A stretch of 64,000 nt of DNA from the NCBI GenBank assembly GCA_964421675.1, contig CAYQXV010000001.1, forward strand, positions 7,886-71,885, written 5' to 3'. Positions 10,326-17,924 of this stretch are shown in pieces (the stretch's first letter is position 1; each line of letters begins with the position of its first letter). Under the pieces are notes generated by a model. The model was not told the DNA's origin. It searched no databases and was given only the letters and a program-made list of their open reading frames with translations. Origin of the DNA: an uncultured Caulobacterales bacterium (GTDB lineage: Bacteria > Pseudomonadota > Alphaproteobacteria > Caulobacterales > Parvularculaceae). Made by a program: the position numbers and the translations under genes.

Positions 10326-12323
10326 CTACTTCCGTTTAAACAGGCTGGTCAGACTAAAACGACTAGGCAACGCCAATGTCTCATTACGTCCGAGAATTTT
10401 CGCTGATAATTCATTAAGACCTTGAGCCACTTTTGATTTCGGACTCATTTGAACAACCGGCGACGCGGTTGTGGCTGCTGCGTTGAAAAGCTGAGGCTCC
10501 CACCCAAGCACAAGCGTTGGTTCAATTTCAACATTCTCCACAAAATACTCAACAGGAACTGCGGAGGTTTTAGGATCGAATTGATTATAGATAAAATATG
10601 GTTTGGAATCGTTGGGTCTTGCACTGCCAATAACTTCCAGAAGATATTTCATGTTACGAAATGACGCGAAATCAGGCGTCGCCGTAATCACAATTTCATC
10701 TGCAGTCTGCAATATTTTCTTAGACCATCCTGTCCAATTATGCGGTACATCAATAACAACGGTTGGGGCTGTGCCACGTACAACATCAATCACTGTATCG
10801 AAGGCCTCATCATCGATATCATAATCGCGGTCCAGCATATTGGGTGCCGTGAAAAGACTCAAATGGTCTGAGTGTTTCTGAAGCAAACGCTCGAGTAAAA
10901 CATCATCTAATCGTTCAGGTGATGTAAGCGCTTCGATCAAACCGGAGGTAGGCTCATGATCAAAATCGAGCGCGGCTGTACCAAATGGTAAATCAAGGTC
11001 CAGAATGACGGTATCACTCTTGAACTCTTCAGCAAAAACATAACCAACATTATGAGCCAGCGTTGAAGAGCCAACACCGCCGCGTGCGCCTACAAATGCA
11101 ACCGTTTTACCAATTGGTGGTGCAGACGGATCAACATAAAGCTCAGAAATGGCTTTAATAATTTGCAATGGTGATTTTGGACGAACAATATATTCGCTAA
11201 TGCCTTGACGGATCAGTTCTCTATACAAACGAATATCATTGACACGGCCAATAATGACAACTTTCGTCGAAGGATCACAAACCTCAGCGAGATGACCAAG
11301 TTGTTGGATTAACTCACCGCCACCCGACGTCGTCTCAAGAATAATCAAATTGGGTGTTGACGTTGTCTGATAAAGTTCAATCGCCTTTTCGAGACCGCCC
11401 AATTGCATAGTAAAATGCGCTTTAGACAGGCGCCGATCAACCGCGGCTTTTTCTAAAATCGCACTATTGCGCGATGTTTCACAAAATGCGTGAATTTGAA
11501 TGCGTGGAACCGGACGATGGAATGTACCGTCATCATCTGCATCAGCAAATTCGCTATCATCCTCATCAATATCATCATCACCATAGTCCATATCCGTGGC
11601 GTTAGAGACTTCATCGTCTGCAGCTACTACACCGCCAGACTTTTGCTCTCGCAACTCATTACCACTTCTATCAACCCGAACGACTGCGGTTGGACCCTTA
11701 ACTTCAGGGTTTGCTTCTTCGGACAAATCATCATCGATAGAAAACTCTGCATTTTCTTCAAAGCTTAGTGTTTCCTCGTCCCCATAATCGTCAAGACGGT
11801 CATCCGAAAAATCACTTTCATAATTTTCCTGTTGAGGCGCTTGCGGCTCAGCAAGTTCTTCCCCGAATTCCTCCCCGTATTCGGGCTCAGGTGCACCCGC
11901 TCCTGCCGTTACGACGGGTTCGCTATCAGCAATTTCGAATAGATCATCGCCAAATTCACCGCTGACCTCATCATTTTCAGGAAATGAAGGCGCTGCTTCC
12001 AACATTTTGGGAGCCTCGTCGTCGTCATCCATTAGCTCAAAATCATCAAGATCATCCAGATCGCCAAGATCGCCATCGGCGAGTCCGGCATCATCGAGCT
12101 CATCAGAGAATGCAGCTTCGAAATCATCTTCGCCTAAGGCAGCGAGTTCTTCGTCGGTCAACTCTTCATCGAGCCACTCATCATCAAAGTCACCTTCGAA
12201 AATTGACAAGTCCGTGCCAGTAGCAGCGCTTGCAGATCCACCATCTGCGCCTAGAACATCGGCCAGCTCAGCAGATACCTCTTCGTCATTAAGCTCATAT
12301 GACGGTTTCGTTGCTTGTTTCAT
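10326..12323 (-). CDS. cpaE: CpaE/TadZ pilus-localisation ATPase with a ~270-aa hyper-acidic N-terminal extension
   Basis: C-terminal MinD/ParA-like domain (VAFVGARGGVGSSTLAHNVG) is preceded by a receiver-like domain (IQIHAFCET...VVIIG). The first ~270 aa are Asp/Glu-rich low complexity. Confidence 0.85.
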   Translation of the reverse strand: MKQATKPSYELNDEEVSAELADVLGADGGSASAATGTDLSIFEGDFDDEWLDEELTDEELAALGEDDFEAAFSDELDDAGLADGDLGDLDDLDDFELMDDDDEAPKMLEAAPSFPENDEVSGEFGDDLFEIADSEPVVTAGAGAPEPEYGEEFGEELAEPQAPQQENYESDFSDDRLDDYGDEETLSFEENAEFSIDDDLSEEANPEVKGPTAVVRVDRSGNELREQKSGGVVAADDEVSNATDMDYGDDDIDEDDSEFADADDDGTFHRPVPRIQIHAFCETSRNSAILEKAAVDRRLSKAHFTMQLGGLEKAIELYQTTSTPNLIILETTSGGGELIQQLGHLAEVCDPSTKVVIIGRVNDIRLYRELIRQGISEYIVRPKSPLQIIKAISELYVDPSAPPIGKTVAFVGARGGVGSSTLAHNVGYVFAEEFKSDTVILDLDLPFGTAALDFDHEPTSGLIEALTSPERLDDVLLERLLQKHSDHLSLFTAPNMLDRDYDIDDEAFDTVIDVVRGTAPTVVIDVPHNWTGWSKKILQTADEIVITATPDFASFRNMKYLLEVIGSARPNDSKPYFIYNQFDPKTSAVPVEYFVENVEIEPTLVLGWEPQLFNAAATTASPVVQMSPKSKVAQGLNELSAKILGRNETLALPSRFSLTSLFKRK

Positions 12324-12370
12324 TATACGCTCCCTATGCGGATATTCTACCCGATAGCATTAACTAATTT

Positions 12371-13051
12371 CTAATTGGCGACCGATGCATCCACTGCATT
12401 ATCAGTATCACTCGATGTCACTTCACCTTCACGGAATACCGTTACACCGCGAACCCGCTGAATGGCATCAGGTGCAGTGCTGTCTTGTGGTTGAACGAGA
12501 TCACGAGGATCTGCGATCATGGCTGCTAAATTGTTTTGATCCGCACAGCCAAAATTTGCCGGCGCGATATTTTTAAAAGCGTGTTCAAATTCGCCTTCCC
12601 AAATGCCGCATGGGCTGGCACTCGCAACATAGTGTGAGTAAGAAAGTAGAACCTGACGTTCATTTCCTTGGCCACCTGCACGATAACTTGCACCGGTCAT
12701 CGCTTCCCACGGCACACCAATATCATTAAGGTGTTGGCGAACATCTGCTGATGTTTCCTGACCGACACGATCATCAATGCCGCCGGTAGGTGCAGTCACG
12801 GTCAATGGACCGTGCCCGTTTTGCAAATACCGAAGAGCAAAAGCTTTGATACGTGCTTTATCAAGTTGCGATAACTCATTTGATGATGGGTCAACATCTA
12901 ACGTCAATGTTGTCACTTGACTATCAACCGAAATTGGATGGCGTTCTGCAACTGTCAAATTATCTCCCGCACCATTCCAAATAGACGAACAGCCTGATAA
13001 AGCGATTGCAGAAAACGTAGAAAGAAGAAGAGTCTTGGAAATATTTTTCAT
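12371..13051 (-). CDS. cpaD: Pilus assembly lipoprotein CpaD
   Basis: 226 aa, lipobox LSGC, located between cpaC and cpaE as in Caulobacter. Size and composition fit the CpaD family. Confidence 0.7.
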   Translation of the reverse strand: MKNISKTLLLSTFSAIALSGCSSIWNGAGDNLTVAERHPISVDSQVTTLTLDVDPSSNELSQLDKARIKAFALRYLQNGHGPLTVTAPTGGIDDRVGQETSADVRQHLNDIGVPWEAMTGASYRAGGQGNERQVLLSYSHYVASASPCGIWEGEFEHAFKNIAPANFGCADQNNLAAMIADPRDLVQPQDSTAPDAIQRVRGVTVFREGEVTSSDTDNAVDASVAN

Positions 13052-13065
13052 GATACCGCTCTTTA

Positions 13066-14571
13066 CTAATCAAGAATGAAACCGAGAGGACCTTGCAAGC
13101 TTCGGTCTTTTGAAGCTGCGCCAGATAGGCCATACGTTGCTGTTACTTTGCCCAAAAGCAGACTCTGAAGATCACTGGCAGGAACAAATCCGCGCGCTGG
13201 ATCAGTCAGGTTTGACTCATGGGTACTTTCAACCAGATATGGTGTGACAATCACAACAAGTTCAGTCTGGTTATTTTCAAACTCACGGCTACGGAAGAGT
13301 GCGCCAAGTACGGCAACATCTTTGATGCCGGGCACGCCTTCAATTGTTGAGCGTAAATCTTCTTGCAACAAACCAGCCATCATCAAGCTGCCACCACTAG
13401 GAAGTTCAACCGTCGTGTTTGCACGCCGAATATTCAAGCCTGGAATTTCTAGTGCAGTTCCAGGGACAAGTCCGCCATTGCCATCGGGAATAAATGGACC
13501 CGGAAGTGTAATCGAGTTGTCACTGGTTAGGTCAGAAACCTCAGTTGAAATTTTCATATTGATACGGCCTTTAGACAAGACAACTGGCGTGAAACCAAGA
13601 CCGACACCAAATTCACGAAATTCGATCGACAAAACACCATTGTCCTGACCAACAGGAACCGGGAATTCACCGCCTGCAAGGAAGTTTGCAGATTCACCAG
13701 AAATCGCAGTTAAATTTGGTTGGGCCAAAATGCGAACGAGACCAGTCGATTCAAGTGCTTGAAACGAAGCATCGAGATCCGTTAGATCCCCAATACCGCC
13801 AGGTACGACCGTCGATCCCGCAAAGGACGCTCCTGGTCCAAGAGCATTTTGAGCCGCAAAACCGAGTGTCACATCATCCAATGTGACAGTTCCATTTGTA
13901 TCGACACCGAGTTGCTTCATCAGCTGATGTTGCATTTCCACGATACGAACACGCAGCATAACCTGGTCGCGGTCGCGGATAGAGACCATATTAATGACCT
14001 GATCAGGCTCGCCAATAAAGCGCCCAACGACCTCTTGCACATTGGCAGCCGCAGAGTTGGAAGCAACCGAACCACGAATGATAACATTGTCATTGATGGC
14101 TTCCAATGTAAGCCTGCTGTCAGGCATTAATCGTTTTAACAAATCTGATAGAGCATCAAGATCACGCTCTACCGAAATCTCTAAATTCAGAATTTGACGT
14201 CCGCGTGAGTCAAAGAAAAACGCATTTGTCTCGCCGACAGCCAAACCAAGAAGATAAACCCGTCTTGGTGAACGCACCACAGCGTCAACAATTGATGGTT
14301 GTGAAACCAACACATCGGCTGCGGCGGTTGGCAAATCAATCACGGCTGCTTTGTTAAGCGGCAATGTGATGGATCGCGAGTATTCACTCTCACCACCTAG
14401 ATCAATCGAGACCCTGCCTGCATTTTGCGCCTGTGCTGAATTTGCTAACATACCAGTCGCCGCAATCAAACTAATGCTTGCACCAACAATTCGGCGTAGA
14501 AGTTTAAACTTTAACATTGTCATATTCTTTTCTTGTTTCGTCATGACATACCCCTGCTCAAAGGCGCTCAT
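13066..14571 (-). CDS. cpaC: Tad pilus outer-membrane secretin CpaC/RcpA
   Basis: Signal peptide, N-terminal pilus-formation (T2SS/T3SS pil_N) domain, C-terminal secretin domain (GGSLMMAGLLQ...IPGIKDVAVLGALFRS...ELVVIVTP). The start is ambiguous among several Met codons. Confidence 0.9.
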   Translation of the reverse strand: MSAFEQGYVMTKQEKNMTMLKFKLLRRIVGASISLIAATGMLANSAQAQNAGRVSIDLGGESEYSRSITLPLNKAAVIDLPTAAADVLVSQPSIVDAVVRSPRRVYLLGLAVGETNAFFFDSRGRQILNLEISVERDLDALSDLLKRLMPDSRLTLEAINDNVIIRGSVASNSAAANVQEVVGRFIGEPDQVINMVSIRDRDQVMLRVRIVEMQHQLMKQLGVDTNGTVTLDDVTLGFAAQNALGPGASFAGSTVVPGGIGDLTDLDASFQALESTGLVRILAQPNLTAISGESANFLAGGEFPVPVGQDNGVLSIEFREFGVGLGFTPVVLSKGRINMKISTEVSDLTSDNSITLPGPFIPDGNGGLVPGTALEIPGLNIRRANTTVELPSGGSLMMAGLLQEDLRSTIEGVPGIKDVAVLGALFRSREFENNQTELVVIVTPYLVESTHESNLTDPARGFVPASDLQSLLLGKVTATYGLSGAASKDRSLQGPLGFILD

Positions 14572-14572
14572 C

Positions 14573-15343
14573 TTATGTCCGCCCTATGCGGATAATTTTG
14601 ACTTTTGTTTGCTGAACATCGTTCGCATCACGACTTCTGTCAGCAGGTTGATCATCGTGAATACTACGCAGTGCCAGACTTAATTCGCCTGATGCCCGTG
14701 CGAAAATGAACTCTTCTGCCTCTACAGGCGTAACCTCTAAAGTGACATTGTCGCCGTTTATGGTCGCTTCTTCAGTGTTTTCAGCAAATTGCGTATCCAC
14801 TGCAAGAACACGAACATCACGCAACAAAGTTGTGATTATGCGTTTTTTCGTTTTACGCTCTTCGGCTGTAAAAATGATATCAACATGGTCACCAGGGAGA
14901 ATAAACCCACCGGCTGATGTTTCTGGCGTTACGCGCACGGAAACCGCACGCATACCCGGCGTCATGATCGCAGCCATTAAGCCATTGCTATCAGCGCGGA
15001 CAATTTTATCTTCAATAATCGGTTCGCCAGGAACCATCGTTGTTTTGAAAATAGCGCCATCTAATTCTTCAAGAATATCAGTATCTTTACCGGTAAAAAA
15101 TACTTCAGATTTTTTTACGGTTTTCTCCGGCCATTCGACCCATTGTGTATTGTCAACTGTCAACCGATCGCCACGCGCCACTTCAGATTTGGCAACCAAG
15201 ACGTCGACAGTATTTTCTTTTTCAGCCTTTACAATCGTGACTGGTGCGGGCGCATTTGAATCTTGGCCGCTTAATGTCAGAAAAAACGCAGCCCCCCCTG
15301 CAACTAACGCAAATACAACAACTGCAATTTTTTTGATATTCAT
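14573..15343 (-). CDS. cpaB: Flp pilus assembly protein CpaB/RcpC
   Basis: N-terminal TM anchor, SAF-like domain, and RcpC C-terminal region (GDHVDIIFT...VRVLAVD). Start chosen at MNIKK (ATG 15343). Confidence 0.85.
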   Translation of the reverse strand: MNIKKIAVVVFALVAGGAAFFLTLSGQDSNAPAPVTIVKAEKENTVDVLVAKSEVARGDRLTVDNTQWVEWPEKTVKKSEVFFTGKDTDILEELDGAIFKTTMVPGEPIIEDKIVRADSNGLMAAIMTPGMRAVSVRVTPETSAGGFILPGDHVDIIFTAEERKTKKRIITTLLRDVRVLAVDTQFAENTEEATINGDNVTLEVTPVEAEEFIFARASGELSLALRSIHDDQPADRSRDANDVQQTKVKIIRIGRT

Positions 15344-15441
15344 GATACGTCCGCCTTCACCTGGAACGAAAAACAATAGTCAGTACGAATTCAGCACCCA
15401 GTATCCATCAAAGATGATAAAACTCGGTTAACCGAAAAATT

Positions 15442-15945
15442 TTACCCGCCAAAGACTCCAAGAAACATCGGCGCCTCCGGAATAACCGCCAAACCGCCAA
15501 TGGCAATCGCGACCCCGTAAGGCATTCCCTTATTGGTTTGGTATAACTCCATTAACCAATCAAACCGGGCATAGATCGGTAACATTGGAAATCCGCGAAA
15601 CATCAAAATGAGAAGTGCGAAAAATCCACCTGCAAATGCTGTCCAGGTTAAAAAGGGAAGTAAAGCGTCAAGCCCAAACCAAGGGGCTGCCGCAGCGAGC
15701 AATTTAGCATCGCCGCCGCCGGCAATCTTGAGGGCAAAAAGCGCAAACCCAAAGATAAAGGTCGCCGCCGCTATGGCGGCCCCCTCAACCAAAAAACTAA
15801 GCGGCATGCCAATACTAAGCGCGGCCACGGGAAACCCGGAAATTAAAATCAAGGATACCCAATTTGGAATTTTAAATTCGAAAAGATCATTTGCTGCAGC
15901 GACTATTAATGCTGCTGGTAATATTGCCAAAAAAAGATAAGCCAT
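15442..15945 (-). CDS. cpaA: Prepilin peptidase CpaA/TadV (A24 family)
   Basis: 167 aa polytopic membrane protein with the two catalytic Asp contexts (AANDLFEFKIPN and GGGDAKLLAA). Confidence 0.85.
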   Translation of the reverse strand: MAYLFLAILPAALIVAAANDLFEFKIPNWVSLILISGFPVAALSIGMPLSFLVEGAAIAAATFIFGFALFALKIAGGGDAKLLAAAAPWFGLDALLPFLTWTAFAGGFFALLILMFRGFPMLPIYARFDWLMELYQTNKGMPYGVAIAIGGLAVIPEAPMFLGVFGG

Positions 15946-16035
15946 TCAAAATCTCCTCAACCCGACCTTACTTATTGTAGCCGTCCTACGAAGAGACTTA
16001 CGCGTTTCAATTTAACACAAGGTTAGAAAGATAAT

Positions 16036-16064
16036 AAAAAAGGAGGCTTTCGCCCCCTTTTTTT
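16036..16064 (-). terminator. Putative intrinsic terminator/attenuator between flp and cpaA
   Basis: Imperfect hairpin GGAGGC-tttc-GCCCCC flanked by A6 and T7 runs. On the minus strand the hairpin is followed by T6. Confidence 0.45.
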
Positions 16065-16113
16065 GAAGTCATCAACATACCGCGAAACATTCGCGATACA
16101 TTTTCCGCAACAC

Positions 16114-16278
16114 TTAACCAGTTGCAGTTTTAATTTTACTAAATGTAGTATTCAGGTTTGTACCAACAGTAGTAACTGTACCGATGATAACAACAGAAAT
16201 CAGAGCTGCGATCAGGCCATACTCAATAGCTGTAGCACCAGACTCGTCGCTCATGAATGATTTAAATAGTTTTGTCAT
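16114..16278 (-). CDS. flp: Flp-family type IVb pilin (not in the supplied ORF track, 54 aa)
   Basis: Hand translation: MTKLFKSFMSDESGATAIEYGLIAALISVVIIGTVTTVGTNLNTTFSKIKTATG*. It has the Flp motif G/ATAIEYGLI. AGGAG lies 5 nt upstream of the ATG. It is first in the cpa operon. Confidence 0.9.
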   Translation of the reverse strand: MTKLFKSFMSDESGATAIEYGLIAALISVVIIGTVTTVGTNLNTTFSKIKTATG

Positions 16279-16365
16279 GTTAACTCCTACTTACTCGTGA
16301 CTTTCGATCTATTTCTAAGATCAAATGGATAATCGCTCATAGTCGTAAAAAAAAAATAAAATTAT

Positions 16366-16421
16366 ATGGTTAAAAAAAATAAATCTTTTCAAACTGAAAA
16401 TTATGGTTAACCAATCCTTAC
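16366..16421 (-). promoter_or_regulatory. Candidate CtrA-type boxes in the flp promoter region
   Basis: Two exact TTAACCAT 8-mers on the flp strand (complements of 16366-16373 and 16403-16410). A TTAA-N7-TTAC near-full site sits at 16407-16421. All lie in a very AT-rich region with A10 and A8 tracts. Confidence 0.4.
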
Positions 16422-17158
16422 CGCGCTAACTTATTGAGGCGTTGCATATCCTCAATGACCAGTCCTGGATATTGCCTCTTTGCAATTCCGTTTTGAATAA
16501 GAACAGCGACAGCATTGGCTGCATCTTCTTCCGCGACAAGGGACATATCTGCTAAATTGCGATGCTTTGGCATATTTGGAATATGCCACAAACCGGATAA
16601 TTCATCTCGCTCTATCATATCGAGAAGCGTTTTATATATTTTCTGCTCTGGCGCACCGCTAAATTCAATTGATGAAAATTGCCGGTCCACAACTTTTTCG
16701 GCAAGATAAAATAGAACGGATTTCGCTAGAGATGGCCTATTACTAATAATATCGCGAAATTCCTGACTATCAATAATATACACCTTGCCATCTGTCTTAG
16801 CGGATATTGTCATATTGAGTGAAATCTCATTTCCGTCTTCACACAAAGCAATAGACAGCCCGATTGTGTCACCAGCCTCCGCTTGATCTACAATCATAGC
16901 ACCCGATTGCGGATTCATTTTTGTGGTATTGAACTGCCCGGACGCAACAACAAAAAAAACCTCTCCCTCATATTGACCCTGAGAAACCAGGGTTTCACCT
17001 TTTTTGTAGTCTCGCAAGTCTGCCATACTTTCAATCGCGCTCAACACTGGAGCCGATAAATCCTGAAATGGCTGGAAGCCAGCGAGGCTATCGAGGTTTG
17101 AAGAAACAAGGTGCGCAACGGGCGTTGATAAAACAGTGGAATTCATCAAAATCCTCAT
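16418..17158 (-). CDS. Crp/Fnr-family transcriptional regulator (cNMP-binding-like domain plus C-terminal HTH)
   Basis: 246 aa. Beta-roll region YKKGETLVSQGQYEGEVFFVVASGQF...GDTIGL, and a C-terminal HTH-like region HRNLADMSLVAEEDAANAVAVLIQNGIA. The canonical phosphate-contacting R[ST]A appears as ISA. Confidence 0.7.
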   Translation of the reverse strand: MRILMNSTVLSTPVAHLVSSNLDSLAGFQPFQDLSAPVLSAIESMADLRDYKKGETLVSQGQYEGEVFFVVASGQFNTTKMNPQSGAMIVDQAEAGDTIGLSIALCEDGNEISLNMTISAKTDGKVYIIDSQEFRDIISNRPSLAKSVLFYLAEKVVDRQFSSIEFSGAPEQKIYKTLLDMIERDELSGLWHIPNMPKHRNLADMSLVAEEDAANAVAVLIQNGIAKRQYPGLVIEDMQRLNKLAR

Positions 17159-17383
17159 GGGTCAATTTATATCTTGGATTAGATGTGCCTTAAAAAATTT
17201 AAGATGCTGTAAAATATCCCGTGATAAGTGATCGCGTTCTATAGAGTATATAAATAACTATCGAAATCTTATCCCACCGCTCAAATTCGCAGATGAATCC
17301 AGACAATTCGTCGAACCTATTAAGCCTTCTTTGACTAATACTGCGTATTGTAGAGGAAATTTACCACGTAGAAGGAAGAACCC

Positions 17384-17863
17384 ATGCGTTCTGTAGCTTT
17401 AGGTCTGGCCGCACTCATTGCGACACTCTCATCACCGATTAATGCCCAACAATTATGGGTAACAATGGATCAGGTACGTTCATACTCTGTAGATAAACCT
17501 GCGGACAGTATCATCGTCGGCAATCCAGGAATTGCAGATATTGCGGTTCAGGACGAAAACAGGTTTTTGCTGTTTGGAAAAGCCCCAGGCCTGACAAATA
17601 TTATCGTTCTCGACAATAGTGGAGAAACGATTGAAAATCTCACGGTCCGGGTTAATCCGCCAAGCTCTAGCATGCTAGTATACCACCGCGGCCCGCAGCG
17701 CACGACGTATAATTGCACGAGCCATTGCGAAGCCACACTGACTATTGGTGATAACAATACCGACTTTGTTGCTATCAACCAACAAATTCAAACCAAACTT
17801 GGTCAACAAGCTTCCGGCTCTGCGCCGCAAGATTTACAAGATAGTGATGATGGCGGCCTTTAA
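17384..17863 (+). CDS. Stand-alone pilus-formation N-terminal (secretin-N-like, T2SS/T3SS pil_N) domain protein
   Basis: Signal peptide. The region VDKPADSIIVGNPGIADIAVQDENRFLLFGKAPGLTNIIVLDNSGETIENLTVRV parallels the N-terminus of CpaC in this window. Confidence 0.65.
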   Translation: MRSVALGLAALIATLSSPINAQQLWVTMDQVRSYSVDKPADSIIVGNPGIADIAVQDENRFLLFGKAPGLTNIIVLDNSGETIENLTVRVNPPSSSMLVYHRGPQRTTYNCTSHCEATLTIGDNNTDFVAINQQIQTKLGQQASGSAPQDLQDSDDGGL

Positions 17864-17888
17864 GTAAAACTGCTTCATCATCTTCACG

Positions 17889-17920
17889 AAAAAAAGCCAA
17901 CGGATACGTTGGCTTTTTTT
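17889..17920. terminator. Bidirectional rho-independent terminator
   Basis: Perfect 8-bp stem AGCCAACG-gata-CGTTGGCT flanked by A7 and T7, between convergent genes. Confidence 0.8.
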
Positions 17921-17924
17921 GTAT

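Noticed and set aside
12007-12357. 116-aa Ser-rich plus-strand ORF
   Set aside because: It is the mirror image of the GAT/GAA-rich acidic region of cpaE (antisense of Asp/Glu codons gives Ser/Ile/Phe codons). It is an artefact of low-complexity DNA.
14706-15431. 241-aa plus-strand ORF
   Set aside because: It is antisense shadow of cpaB, with Ser/Thr/Ala/Arg-rich low-information composition, no RBS and no recognisable family.
16347-16379. A10 and A8 homopolymer tracts upstream of flp as a possible slipped-strand phase-variation switch
   Set aside because: A single sequence gives no evidence of length variation. The tracts fit an AT-rich, UP-element-like promoter, and such phase variation is not a known feature of alphaproteobacterial tad loci.
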